Assembly: GCF_006345805.1 (NCBI RefSeq)
Contig: NC_043011.1
Span: 32,438,464-32,502,463, forward strand
DNA length: 64,000 bases
Reading direction: 5' to 3'
Origin: Octopus sinensis
Taxonomy: Eukaryota
Of this stretch, positions 37,225-51,789 are shown piece after piece. Within the stretch, counting starts at the first letter, position 1; every line of letters begins with the position of its first letter. Both the position numbers and the translations under genes were made by a program. A model generated the notes under the pieces. That model did no database searches and was not told the DNA's origin. It worked only from the letters and a program-made list of their open reading frames with translations.

Positions 37225-37225
<1 letters not shown>
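36895..37225 (+). mobile_element. SINE family B
   Basis: Head, CORE-like block and tail. Confidence 0.8.
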
Positions 37226-37261
<36 letters not shown>

Positions 37262-37265
<4 letters not shown>

Positions 37266-37760
37266 AACGCCTTCAATGGCATAAGGGATGTGCTCAAGGG
37301 AAGGTTGGACAGGACCACCCGCGCAAACCTTAATGTTATATGGTAGTGAAACATGGGCTACCACAAAGAGAGAAGAGCAAAGACTGGCAACGGCTCAAAG
37401 AGCCATGGAAAGGTCAATGCTTGATACCTTGTTGAGAGAGCACATAAGTAGCAAGACCATCAGAAAGAAGTCCGGCGTGAGAGATGTCATCGCAGAGTAT
37501 ACACGCAGCAAGTATAGATGGGCTGGACACGTCGCCCGGCTCACCGATAATCGGTGGACGCACGCATTTGTCGAGTGGTACCCGCGTGAGCGGAAAAGAC
37601 CACCGGAAGACCTCCACGACGGTAGAATTACGATTTCAGGAGGACGATTGGGATCGCGTGGATGAGAAAGGCGCGATCCAGAGAGGAGTGGACAGCGTGC
37701 TGTGACCAACGGTGTCAAATGGACGCCTGACGGACTGGTCGGTCAAAGTGATCAAAGTGA
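37262..37760 (+). mobile_element. 5'-truncated RTE-clade LINE 3' end
   Basis: MLYGSETWATTKREEQRL...RAMERSML...KYRWAGHVARLTDNRWT...EWYPRERKRP. Ends in tandem TCAAAGTGA next to (TA)n. Confidence 0.85.
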
Positions 37761-38229
37761 TATATATATATATATATATAATAATATATATATATATAAT
37801 ATGTATATACATATTGTCCATATATCTAACTAACGGTCTCCATGGTAGATGGCGGTACTCCTAGTAGTATATCAGTCTACTGATATATTGCGTTACTCCA
37901 AATGTATTACATAACTTGTAATACATCTCGTCATACACGTCCATACCACTACAACTTGCTGGAAATAGAAACCAATTTCCTTGAAATTACATCTTCTCGT
38001 TAAAAAAAAGGAAAAATGATTAAGAAACTTCAAACGACGTATTCGATGTCTCCATCTTTTACTTGGACTGTGGCCATGCTGGAGCCCCACCTTAAAGGTT
38101 TTAGCTCAGTGGTTCTCGACCATTCTTTACCTATGGATCCCTTTGATTTCTCTTTTACTCAGGTGGACCCTCATAGGCATTCGATGTTTAAAAAAATCCT
38201 GTTATGTTTTTATTATTAAGCATTGGTTT

Positions 38230-39500
38230 CACATTTTGACACAAAACCAACAATTTCGAGGGAGGAGGAAACTCAACTACATCGACCCCAGTACGCAACT
38301 GGTACTTATTTTATCAGCCCCGAAAGGAGGAAAGGCAAATTCAACCTCAGCGGAATTTGAACCCATAATGTAAAGACGGATAAAATGCCGCTAAGTATTT
38401 TGTCCGGCATGCTAGCGATTCTACCAGCTCGCCGCCTTTTTTTTATACTCGTTTACTCTTTTACTTATTTCAGTCATTTAACTGTGGCCATGCTGGAGCA
38501 CTGTCTTTAGTCGAGAAAATCGACCCCGGGACTTATTCTTTGTAAGCCTAGTACTTATTCTATCGTTTTCTTTTGCCGAACCGCTAAGTTACGGGGGCGT
38601 AAACGCACCAGCATCGGTTGGTAAGCGATGTTGGGGGGACAAACACAGATAAACAAACACACACACACACATACATGTATATAAATATACATATATACGA
38701 CAAGCTTCTTTCAGTTCCCTCTACCAAATCCACTCACAAGGCTTTGGTCGGCCCGAGGCTATAGTAGAAGACACTTGTCCAAGGTGCCACGCAGTGGGAC
38801 TGACCCGGAACCATGTGGTTGGTAAGCAAGCTACTTACCACACAGCCACATATTTTATGTATTGTAGAAATATAAACAGTTTTACTGCACATGAATGTTG
38901 ACAAAAAAGTATTATCTGGACCCCACAGGGCCATATCAAAATCTCAAGGGCTATAGGTCCCTGGTTGGAAACCAATGGCTTAGTCAAACAAATAGACCCC
39001 AGTATTTTTGCTAGTTTTTTTCCTTCGAGTGTGGTAATTATTCTATCGGTCTCTCTTGCCGAATCGTTAACTTACGGGGACTTAAAGAAGCCAGCAAGGG
39101 CTCTCAACCGATAGTGATGGGGGTGAGGACACAAACATAGCACAAGTACAAACACATGCATCCACACATACATACGTTCACACTCACACGCACATGTATG
39201 CATGTATATATGTATGTATGTAATGTATGTATGTACTAGCACTTATTCTATCGTTCTATTTTGCCGAACCGCTAAGTTATGGGGGCGTAAACACACCAGC
39301 ATCGGTTGTCAAGCGATGTTGGGGGGACAAACACAGATACACAAACATACACACACACACGTATATAAATATACATATATACGACGGGCTTCGCACAGTT
39401 TCCGTCCACCAAATTCACTCTCAAAGCATTGGTCGGCCCGGCGCTGTAGCAGAAGACATTTGCCCCCAAGGTGGCACACAGCGTCTCTGAACCCGAAAAT
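38230..39500 (-). mobile_element. SINE A plus two SINE B copies
   Basis: Family motifs at ~38230-38440, 38440-38850 and 38990-39500. Confidence 0.75.
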
Positions 39501-39799
39501 AACAGGATTGAGAAGCGAGTTTTTTAAACGTCCACCCATCCACGTCGATTATTAAAATAAAAGAAGAAAAGTGGGGGGGGGATGGTCATAGATGGAGTGC
39601 CTTCGATCATAGGCCCGTCCGTTCAGAGCTAGCCCGGGTTTAAACGACGACGACAACAACAACAACAACAACATTACACCTCTAAGAATTAAAATTCCAA
39701 TGCATTGAAGCAAATTCTAAATTACTTGGAACACTAATACAACGGTGTACTCACAATATTTCCCGAGTACAACTAATCTATTAATTCCCACACACCTAT

Positions 39800-41660
39800 T
39801 CAACCATTTATCGATCTTCTATCTATCCATATATTCATCAATCGTATAGATCCATGGATCCATCAATTCATCTCTCACATGCACAAACACTCCTTATTCA
39901 ATCTAATTATATTTCTAATAAATCAATCAATCATTCAATCCATCAATTAATTGAACATATCTAACATCCCTTTCCAACCCCCATCCCCCTCTCCCTGACC
40001 CCACCTCCCATCTCCCTGTCAATCTACCTATTTATTTATCTACCTACCTATCTATCCATTTTATCCACACATCCCTCCACCCGTTAAGCAAGGCTGTCTC
40101 TATATTTATCTGCGTGTTTGTCTTTCAGATTACCAAACTACCCAATTACCTACTTACCTACCTACCAACCCACCTTCCTTCTATCTACCAATCGATCGAT
40201 TGATCCATCTATCCATCCATCCATCCATCCATCTGTCTATCTATCTATGGTTCTATCCATCTATCCATTCACCCTTCTATCCATCCACCCTTCTATCCAT
40301 CCACCCTTCTATCCATCCATCCATCTATCCATCCATCTATCCATCCATCCATCCATCCAGCGATCCATCCATCCATCCACCTACCTACCTACCTACCTGC
40401 CTACCTACCTACCTACTTGCCTACCTACCTACCTACCTACCTACCTACCTACCTACCTACCTACCTACCTATCCATAATGGCCGGTGTCAACGTGACATT
40501 AACGCTTTCCCAAGCAAAATGTACTGGTGCTAAGTCTCCTTAGTAACCGACACCCACTTTGAAGGAGAGAAAAGGCTGTTATGGAAAGCAAGGAAAGAGA
40601 ATAGATTGGAATTAGATGGAAGAGGGGCGCTATAAGGGTTGGTAGTTGGGATACAACGGTGAATGACTCGGATTCTAGGTCAGCCTGACACAGGAGCTTA
40701 CTTCTCGAACGGCAAGTATATATAAAGGCTGACATCTAACAAATTGGTCTTGATAAAAAGTAACCGATGTCCTCTCCTCCTTCTCCTCTGCATTTGTACA
40801 CTCTCACTCTCACTCTCACTCTCACTCTTACCCCTTCCCCTCTCTCTGTGTCACTCTCTCTGTGCCTTTTCTCCCCTCCCTTCTCTCGCTCGCTTGCTTG
40901 CTTACTCACTCACTTATTTACTTTCTTACACCTCTCTCAACTAAATACTACCTCTCTGTACCCATCTCTTCCCTTCCAGTTCTTCCCCTTTATATATATA
41001 TATATATCGATGTGTGTATATGAGTGTGTGTGTGTATGTGTGTGCGAGTATATACATATATATATATATATACATATACATATATTTATATATATATATG
41101 TATACACATATACACACGTGTTCAAATATATGTATAGATATATGTATGAATGAATGTATGTATATATATATATATATATGTATGAATGTGTGTGTGTATA
41201 TTATATATTGTATATATATATATGTATATATATATATAATATATATATATATATATACATGCATGTAAATCTCTCTTCCAATCAATCAATCAGTCAACAT
41301 TGATTCAATATATGTGTATGTGTGTATATATATATATATATATCTATGTACATGTATGTATGTATATAGATATAGTACATCCGTACACACTGAGGTATAT
41401 AGATGGGGCAATAACTAATAGAAGAAAGCTGGTGTAGAAGAGAACCATTGACAGCAAGGCATATTAACGTGTTTATATGTGTGTATGGCTGTTTGTAAGC
41501 ATGCATATATGCATGTGCGCGTGAAGATTTGCATGTATGAATGTACGCATGCGTGTTTTTATTCACACATACACACTTAAACGCACAGTTAGATAGATAT
41601 ACAGAGAGAAAGAGAGAGAGAGAGAAGGGGAGAAATAGAGGGAGAGGGAAAGAGATTGAT

Positions 41661-41711
<51 letters not shown>

Positions 41712-42465
41712 GAAATAGAAAACTAGATGGATTGACAGACTCACAGACAGACAGACGACAGATAGATAGATAGATAGATATATATATACACATACACACA
41801 CACATATTGGTATAAATATAGATAGATATAGAGATAGATTGATAGATGGAGAATTGGATAAACTTATAGTGAGATATATATATATATAATATATGTAAAT
41901 ATGTGTGTGTATATATGTGTATATATAATCACACACAAACATGTACACAAATATATGTATGTATGTGTGTATGTACAAAGATGAAGCGATAAAGAGAAAT
42001 AGTATGTCGAAGAAAGTGGTATGGAGCGGATAGAAGGTTGGGTGAGAAAATAAGAGTGAAACTCACTCAAATGGACAGAGTGTTTAAATGGGAAGGGGTG
42101 GACAAAGTGACATGTTAGTAATGATGGTGGTAATGGTGGTGGTGGTGGTGGTGGTGGTGGTGATGATATAACAATGAAAGAGGGGGAGGGAGAGAGAGGG
42201 AGAGGATGGTGAGACAAAGAGAGGAAATGAGAGGTAAAAAAAAGAAAGATGGATGGATGGATGGATGAAAGGCAACACGAGGAAAGCGAAACGTGGGAGT
42301 TAGAAAGAGAAAGAGAAAGGAAGGGGGAGGTGGCGATGGGAATGAGGAAGAGTAGGAGAACGGAAAGAGGGAGAGTAGAGGAGTGAAAGAAGGAGAGGAG
42401 AGGAAAGGCGGAAAGGAGGAGGAGGAGAAGAGAGTCGGCGGAAGAAGATGAGATGGTGGTGGTGG

Positions 42466-42499
<34 letters not shown>

Positions 42500-43215
42500 G
42501 AAGAAGGAGAAGAAGCAGATGATGAAGATGATGAGGGTGATGAAGAAGGAGGAGAAAGATGAGAAAAGGAAGGAAAAGAAGAAGCAAAAGATGAGGTTAA
42601 TGATAATGATGATGATGGAGAAGAGGAAGGATGAGGAGAAGAAGCAGAAGATGACGATGGCGACGACGACGACGACGATGGAGATAATGAGAAAGAAGAG
42701 GCAGAAGATGATGATGAAGAAGAAGAGGGAGGAGAAAAAAAGAAGAAGAAGAAGAGGCGGAGAAAAACGAAGAAAGCACAGTAATTATGAATCGATGGCG
42801 GAGAATGGAAAAGACAAGGAGTCGTCAGGATGGGAGAGTGGTGGTGGTAGGAAGATGAAGAGGGAGGGAAGAGGACAGAAGGGTAGAAAACGATGGGTGG
42901 GGGTTCCTGTGTTTATATATGTATGTGTGTGTGTGTGTGTAAACGGGAGAGATGAAGAAATAGGAAGGGAAGGGGAGGAAGAAGGAAGGAAAAGAGGGGA
43001 GTAAGTCGAGTGACAACGGTGATGGTGGTGGTGGTGGTGGTGGTGGTGGCGGTGGCGATGGTGGTGATGGTGGTGATGGTGGTGGTGGATAGTGAAAGCT
43101 GGGAAAGAAGTGGGAGAGGGAGAGAGAGAGGGTTTATGACGGCGGTGGAAAAGGTTTGTGTGAAGAAGGAGAAGGGGAGAGAGAGAGAGAGAGAGTGATA
43201 TTTGGGGTGGGAGAA

Positions 43216-43250
<35 letters not shown>

Positions 43251-43993
43251 GTGTGTGAGAGAGAGAGAGAGAGGGAGAGAGACAGAGACAGAGAAGAGTG
43301 AGAGTTCGGGATGTTAGGAGACGGCAGCAAGGAAGGAAGGAAGGATGGAAAGAGGAAATGAGGAAGGAGGAGGAAAAGGAAGATAGGGAGGCGGAGGGTG
43401 AGGAGGCGAAAGGATGAGGAGGAAGATATGAAGATGTCTTTGAGCAAGAAGAAATACGGGAAGGTAAAGACTCGGGTGAAACGGGTGGGGGTGGGTGGAG
43501 GATGAGGATGAGGAGCAGGACGAGGAGACGGATGAGGAGGATGTGGAAGAAGAGGAGGAGAAAGAGAAGAAAGAGGAGGGGAGGAGGGTAGTAATAGGAG
43601 GAGAAGGAGAGGAAGTTGGTTAACGAGAAAGAGAAGAAGTGGGAGGATAAATGAAGAGAAGGAATCGTGTAGAGGAGAAGGAAGAGGAAGGGGATGAACG
43701 CGGATGAAAGATGCTGAAAGCTGATGAGAGAGGGAGGAAGAGAAAGAGGAAAAGTGGAAGAGGAGAAGGCAGAGGGGGAGGATGAAGTGGAGGAGGAGAA
43801 GGAGATGGATTTGCTGTGGATCTCAGGTGTGTGTGTGTGTGTGTGTGTGTGCATGTGTGCGTGCGTGTGTGTATGTGTGTGTATGTGTGTGAGTGATGAG
43901 TGAGTGAGCGAGGAGGTGGTCGCGGTTGGATGGGTGGGCTTGAAGAATGGTAGATTAAAAAGAGAAGGAAAGAGGCAGAGATGATGCAATGAG

Positions 43994-44025
<32 letters not shown>

Positions 44026-44373
44026 TAGGTAGGTATGTAGGTAGGTAGGGTGAGAGAAGGGTGTGTGTGTGTGCGTGTGTGTGGTGGGGGATAGGCTGGA
44101 TGTGGTGGTGGCGATGACGACAACAGCGGCGTTGACGGTGGTGCCGGCGGTGACGGTGGTGGTGGTGCGGGTGACACGATTGCGTGCCATGTGTCACAGC
44201 GATATTGGTGTGCAGCGCAGAACACTTTCACACCTACACACAAATGCAACACACACACACACACACATGGATATATGTATCCATATATAAATATAGATAC
44301 ACACACACACTATATATATTCTTTAGTTCTTTAATTCGTTTTAGCCATCACAGCTAAGGCCAAACTGGAGCAC

Positions 44374-44470
<97 letters not shown>

Positions 44471-44714
44471 TATATACACTTACACACATACATATATAGT
44501 TATACACACACACACATATATGTATATCATATATATTCATATATATATATATTTATATATATATATATATACACACACAAGTACACACTTCTATATAGAT
44601 CTACTGACATGTAGCTATCATCACCTACATACAAAGACATGCTTATGTACATCCATACATCGACTCACCGACACACACACACACACGCACACACACACAC
44701 ACGCACACACACAC

Positions 44715-44752
<38 letters not shown>

Positions 44753-45153
44753 AAACACACTCTCACACACACATGCACACATACACGCACACACACACAC
44801 ACTTCTATATAGACCCTTAATAAACATAGATTCACATACCTACATCCATACACCAATTTTGAATCCACGTACACACACACACACACACACACACATATCA
44901 ATACAAATTCACACACACACACATACACACACACACACACACATACACACACACACACGCACAAACATCTTTAAATATATAGTGGCCTTAACCCTCACAC
45001 ACATATTCACACATTTTCAAATGGATCCAGACCCACACAAATTAATCCAAACGCACATACGTACAAAACAATACACAGCTTGTAACATCTTTTTCGCTCT
45101 CTCCCTCTCTCTCTCTCTCTCTTTCTGTCTCTGACTCTGTCTTTCTCTTCTCT

Positions 45154-45184
<31 letters not shown>

Positions 45185-45204
45185 CCGCTCTTTACATATA
45201 ATAT

Positions 45205-45277
<73 letters not shown>

Positions 45278-45704
45278 GTATATATAATATATGTATGTAT
45301 GTATGTATATATATGTATATATATCTATCTATATATATATGTAAAACAAACTTTGTGTTGTTTTGTATGTTTGGATTTACATATGCATCCATCCATCCAT
45401 CTATACATCCAACTATACATACATACATAAAACATATGCATACATACATGCATTATATATAGGTATACATATACATATGCGTGGATCTTAGCCTATATAT
45501 ATATATATATGTTTGTGTATGTATGCATGTATGTGTGTATGTATGTTTGTTGGATGTGTGTGTGTGTGTGTGTGTCTGTTCATGTTATGTGAATGTGTAT
45601 GTGTGCGCGTGCGTAAGAGCGCCAGTGTGTGAACGCGCGCGATCTAGGTGCGTAGATCAATTATTTATAAACAAAGATTTTTACACATGCAAACACCTCT
45701 CTCT

Positions 45705-45743
<39 letters not shown>

Positions 45744-46436
45744 TATACACACGCGTACACACATACAGATATACACACGCTCACATATACACACCCATAT
45801 ATACACATACACATACACATACATACTACGCGCACATGCATCTAAACATGCTTACTGACACCTACTATTACACAACTGATATTAACATGCCGCATACACA
45901 CACACACACTTAACCACATACATGTACACTAACATATATATATTATATATATATATATACATATGCACACGCATGCATCTATACACATGCACAATCACAC
46001 ACAGATATTAACAAATATCTGCAACGTATAAACTTGTATTTATGCTCTTTATATCAACTTTGTCTAAATATATTCATATAAATATTTACATTTTCACACA
46101 AATAAACACTGGTAAGAACGCGCACGCACGCACACGGATACATGCACAAGCATGCACACGCGCACGCAAGCAATTCATGCACAAACCGCCACACGCAAAG
46201 AGGCGCACACAGAAACGGGCGCACACGCCAACATGCATGCACCAACATGGCGCATATAAACATGCACGCACGCACGCGCGCGCGCATGCAAACATGGGGC
46301 GCGCGAGCATGCGCGCGCAAACATGCATCGCATAAACATGCATACACGCAAACATGCGCACAGATGCGCATACGAGCAAACGCATTCACAACTCGGATAG
46401 CAGCGTTCAAATAACTCCCCATATAAATATTTGTAC

Positions 46437-46481
<45 letters not shown>

Positions 46482-46639
46482 TGCGCGCGCGCACACACAC
46501 ACACACTTGCATGCACATACACACGTACATACATGCAAACAAGCACAAATACACTCACACTTGCATGCTGACGCGCACATGCATGCTAACACCCCCCCAC
46601 TCATACATACATACATACATACATACAAACATACATATA

Positions 46640-46672
<33 letters not shown>

Positions 46673-46819
46673 CATACATACAGTATTTAATGTGTATATA
46701 TGTGTGTGTGTTGTGTGTGTGTTTGTGTGTATGTTTGTGTGTGTATGTATGTATATATATATACATATACAAATATATATATATATTTGTACACATATAT
46801 ATACACATACATATATATA

Positions 46820-46853
<34 letters not shown>

Positions 46854-46949
46854 CAGGTATATATACATATGTATACACATACATCTATATATAAACACAG
46901 AAATATACATGCTACTTACACACACACATATTCACACACACACACACAT

Positions 46950-46983
<34 letters not shown>

Positions 46984-47311
46984 AGATGTTGCTGATCACT
47001 AATACAGAACTCATAATAACAAACATAGTAAAAGCACACACACTTACACGCACACACATACACACACACATTCAGTAGTAACGACAGCAGCAGCAGCAGC
47101 AGCAACAACAGTAATAGCAGCAGCAGCAGCAGCAACAACAACATCGGAATAACTCCTTATATAATGTCGTATATACATACATAAATGCAATATGAAATAA
47201 TTCAAATAAAAATACTTTAACGTTCTCTATATTATTTTTCTCTAAACGACTCCATTTTTAATTAGTTTTATTTTTCTAGATTAAGTAAAACAAATTTGTT
47301 TTCGACACAAA

Positions 47312-47374
<63 letters not shown>

Positions 47375-47750
47375 GTTGTTGTTATATTTCTCTCTCTCTA
47401 TTTTTTTTTTGTCTTTCTTTAGATTAAATTTTCCATTTTCTGATTCAATTTCTTTCTCTAACTCTTTCATTTTGTAAGAACAATATTACCGAATATGTAT
47501 GTATGTGCATGTATGCGTGTACACGTGTGTGTGCGTGTTTGTGTGTGTTTATGTATGTGCGTTTGTGTGTGTGTGTACGAATATGTATCTATGTATGTAT
47601 GTAAGTATGTATGAAAGAACGTATGTAGGTATGCATGTTTTGTACGTATATTCGATACATGCATATATCTACGTATAGCTGTGTATGCGTGCGCGTATAT
47701 GCATGTGTATGCGTGTTTTTTCTCACAATTTATATTTTCATCAATCAATA
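39800..47750. repeat. Compound microsatellite/low-complexity domain
   Basis: (ATCC)n, (CTAC)n, (TA)n, (CA)n, (GATA)n, (GAT)n, (GGT)n, (TAA)n and long purine tracts with small unique islands. Confidence 0.95.
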
Positions 47751-48669
47751 TTTTCCCTTATTTGTTCAATAAATTTTCTTGGTGACACCTAGTTTCTGCT
47801 GTTGTTCAGCTCCACTGTTTCACTGACGTAGCTTCATCGTCAGCTACTTATATTTCATCTTGTTTCTTTCCTTATAATTTCCTTCTAAAACTGCACTTCA
47901 CCTCTGATATTACTGTCCTACATCCATTCATTTACACACTATTCAATCTATTTTGTTTCTTTGTCTCTTTCGTTTATTCATTTTAGTTATTTATTTAATA
48001 GTTCATTTATTCTCGAACGAGAGTAAGATTCGATCACTCAATTACATATCAATTTTAACTTGATCTTCGTGTATGAAAGCTTTCACAAGTATTTTCACAA
48101 CAACAACAGCAACAACAACGACAACAACGACAGCAACAGCAACAACAAATCCAAAACCAAAAATCAAAAATCGAAACCAATTCTCTCTCCCTCTCCGAAA
48201 TCATGCAGTAATAGTTATAAGATACCCGCTAGAAGTTCTTGAAAAGCTGGTTCATTTATGTGTGGCGGTGCTAACACCCTCTCTATATATGTAACATGAT
48301 ATCAAGTTCATTAATCTAATCCCATTAAAGCCGAATTCGATTATCAGATCAATCCACGTTTTAAAAACATCGGATTTATTATCGAAGAGTTCATAATAAA
48401 AACGATATTTTAATATTTACACACCGTTACCTTGGTCACCATCGTAAAACACCAGCGGGAGATAATGAATTTCTAAAGTAATTCCTAACCACAAACTGGC
48501 AATCATTTCTCCTTCACTTAAAACTAATCTGATTTCCAAACAACAAGAGAGCCTATCTACACAAGGTGGCATTGGTTTGGTTAGAATTAGCGGGAAAATT
48601 GCCCTCGAATAACACGCTCAGCATTTTGAAAATGGAAACCCGTATTTACTGATGTGTGCCTGTGCGCGC

Positions 48670-48728
<59 letters not shown>

Positions 48729-48789
48729 CTATGTATGCATATATGTACGTATGTATTATATATATAATACATACAGCCCTAACTACTGA

Positions 48790-49085
48790 GCAATGGACCA
48801 GTGGTTAGGGTAGCGGACTCGCGGTCGTAGGATCGCGGTTTCGATTTCCCGACCGGGCGTTGTGAGTGTTTATAGAGTGAAAACATCTAAAGTTCCACGA
48901 GGCTCCGGCGGGGTTTGGTGGCGATCCCTACTGTACTCTTTCGCCACAAATTTCCCTCACTCTTTCTTCTGTTGGCTTGCTCGCTTAGCCAGTGGGGTGG
49001 CGTCATTTGAAGGCTAAAACAATGCGAAGCGCATTGTGACCAGCGAAGTGTAGCAACATCTGATAGCCTGGTCGGTCACGGTGTG
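48790..49085 (+). mobile_element. SINE family C
   Basis: tRNA-like head with A/B boxes and family body. Confidence 0.8.
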
Positions 49086-49394
49086 ATATATATATATATA
49101 TATTATATATATATAATATATATGTATTATGTAAGTATATATATATATGTATGATTATATAAGTATATATATATTTGTATTATGTATGTATAAAATATAT
49201 ACATATACACATACATGTCCAAACATACGTATATATATTTATGCACATATATATATATATATTATATATATATAATATATATATATATATGTGTGTGGTG
49301 TGTGTGTGTGTGGTGTGTGTGTGTGTGTATGTATGCATGTATGTACGAATGTATGCATAAGAGTTTTTCTGTAAAGACGTTCATTAATTTCAAA

Positions 49395-50200
49395 GAAGTA
49401 CGAAACCCTAATCTCCTTTAAAGTAGGATCCTTTGTCTTCGATGCAATTGTTGTAGTGCTCCAGTCAGTTTCGTGACGGCCCCATGGAAGTCCTCCAAAG
49501 TTAAGGTGTCCAGAGCCCCTATCATTCCCTCCTTCATCTCAACGTCTTCACGGCAACTGCCCCTGAGGTTCTTGAGCTTGGGGGACAACCAAAAGTTTCA
49601 GGGAGCAAGGTCTGGACTGTCGAGAGAGAGTGGGCGGGGGGGGGGGCAGTTTTGATGCTCATCTCTGTTAATTAGTTGGTTACCCGGATGGAATTGTGTA
49701 CTGGTTCATTGTTCTGGTGCAGGTACCACCGATCCGAGTGGAAGAGCGCTGACCTTTTGTGATGAAATCTCTTCTTGAACTCTCTTAAAGCCTCCACAAA
49801 GTACTCCTTATTGACCGTCTGGTCAGAGGGAAAATAGTGGGTGTAGACAGAACCCTTGCCGTCGAAAAAGGGGATCATCATGTGCTTTCATACCGACTTG
49901 CCTTTACCTGGCCTTCTTGGGCATGGGGAAAACCAAGATGCTTCCATTGGGCACTCTGTCTCTTGGTCTCTGAATTCTAACAACAGATATACTAATATCA
50001 CAGGTCACGAGAGACTCAAGTAGTCTTAGATTGGAGCTAATGAGTTCAACCATCTCCTTATTATCATCAACGGGTCCCTTCTTGTTATCCCGAAAACAAA
50101 CGTTGCACAAATTTTGCACATTCTGTGTACAAGTACTACACCAACTTCAAACTGTATGCCTATCGTCGTTATAGACACAGGACAGTCTTCATCTAGAATA
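49395..50200 (-). pseudogene. Decayed mariner (DD34D-like) transposase
   Basis: FFDGKG.VY.HY.P..QTVNKEYFVEALREFKKRF..KR...WYLHQNNEPVHNS...SPDLAP*NFWL...YFKGD*. Confidence 0.8.
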
Positions 50201-51576
50201 CTCCATCCTTAAACAGCTCTGATGTTCTGACGTCTCTCTCTCTCTCCCACACTTCTCTCATCCTCTTTTACCTCTACTGTCCTTGAACCTCTTCTGCCAG
50301 CGAAAACCAGATGTTTGGCATACAAGTCAATCCATGACCAGTCTGGGGCATTTTATAAGTTTCTGTAGTATTATACCCGGTTCAACATAAAACCTTATTG
50401 CATAGTAAACTTCTAAATTGTCTTCACGTCCCGACTGCATTCTGCAAACAAATGTCAAACAGTGTTTAGTAGGACCTACTTTAAATGCTGTCTGTAGGTG
50501 TTAGTCATCTTGTGGCATCTGTCATTAGTAAATACTGTCATTAGGGGTTCTGCTTTGTTGTAGGATTTCATCAGAGTCCTTCTACCATTAATTAATGAGA
50601 AATACAGGAATCCTTCTTCTGGACCTATCAATTACTACTTACTTGCAGGCATTCATCTGGGCCTACCAATTAGAGATGAGTAATTCGCAAGTGCGCTTTA
50701 TCTTGTCATAAAGTTCTACTTAAGTATTTGTACCAGAGTAACAAAATTTCTTTGATTTTTTTTTTGTCTTTGGTCACTAAGTATTTGTCTCCTATTTTCT
50801 TCGATCTAGAAATCAAAGAAAATGACTACTATTCCCTTCAAACTTTCCTTTTGTGACCTAAACAACAATGTTTTGAAACCGACCTATTATCCATTACACT
50901 TTGGACAAATTCAGCACTGAGTCGCTGATGCAGAAATATCGTTATAGCGCATATTCTGCTCAATACCACAGATTTGCTTGTCAGCTGCTTGACCACAACC
51001 ACTTGAGCATGCCCCCTTAGTGGTTGACAATGTGTGCATATTTGATCATGAGCAGGAATAGTTGGGAAACATCATAGCTATATATTGAGAGGGATTCTTT
51101 GAGGTTTGAATAAATGTAACAAAAGTTTGAAGGAATTATTCGCCATTTATTATACATTCTAGGTGTAAGCAAATAACAATTACTATCCAAGGACAAAAAT
51201 TGTGTTATACAGTGTAATTAGTGTTACCTACAAGCGTTTTAACATTTACAACATGACTGTGTGGTTAAATCTTCATTTCACAATCATGTAGTTCCAGTTT
51301 TGCTCTCAGATTCGCGTAAGAATTTTCTCCTATAGCCCACAGCCTCCGAAAGAATAAATCCGAGTAGATTAACACTATTTGAAGAGCTAATGGTACGTGT
51401 AAATAAGTTGGATGAGTGTGTGTATGTGAATGTGTGTGTGTATGTTTATATGTGGATATACGTGGGGATATATGTGTAGATATATTGTGAGAATGCGCGA
51501 CCTATGATTAGTGCGTGGCGCTCAGGACAGCGAGACCGTAGATTCAATTACCGGACGAGGCTGGATAAAAGATATA

Positions 51577-51713
<137 letters not shown>

Positions 51714-51789
51714 ATATATAAGATATATATATATATATAAGATAAAAGATATATATATATATATATACATATATATATACGTATATATA

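Noticed and set aside
39800-47750. Long ORFs (e.g. 42913-44190, 425 aa; 42453-43004; 46354-46995) and all YI/HT/CV-repeat ORFs elsewhere
   Set aside because: They are translations of microsatellites and purine tracts, with overlapping frames on both strands and no domain signal.
50300-50580. LLMTDA motif on the minus strand suggesting Ty3/gypsy RNase H
   Set aside because: Only one short motif amid many stops; not supportable without a search.
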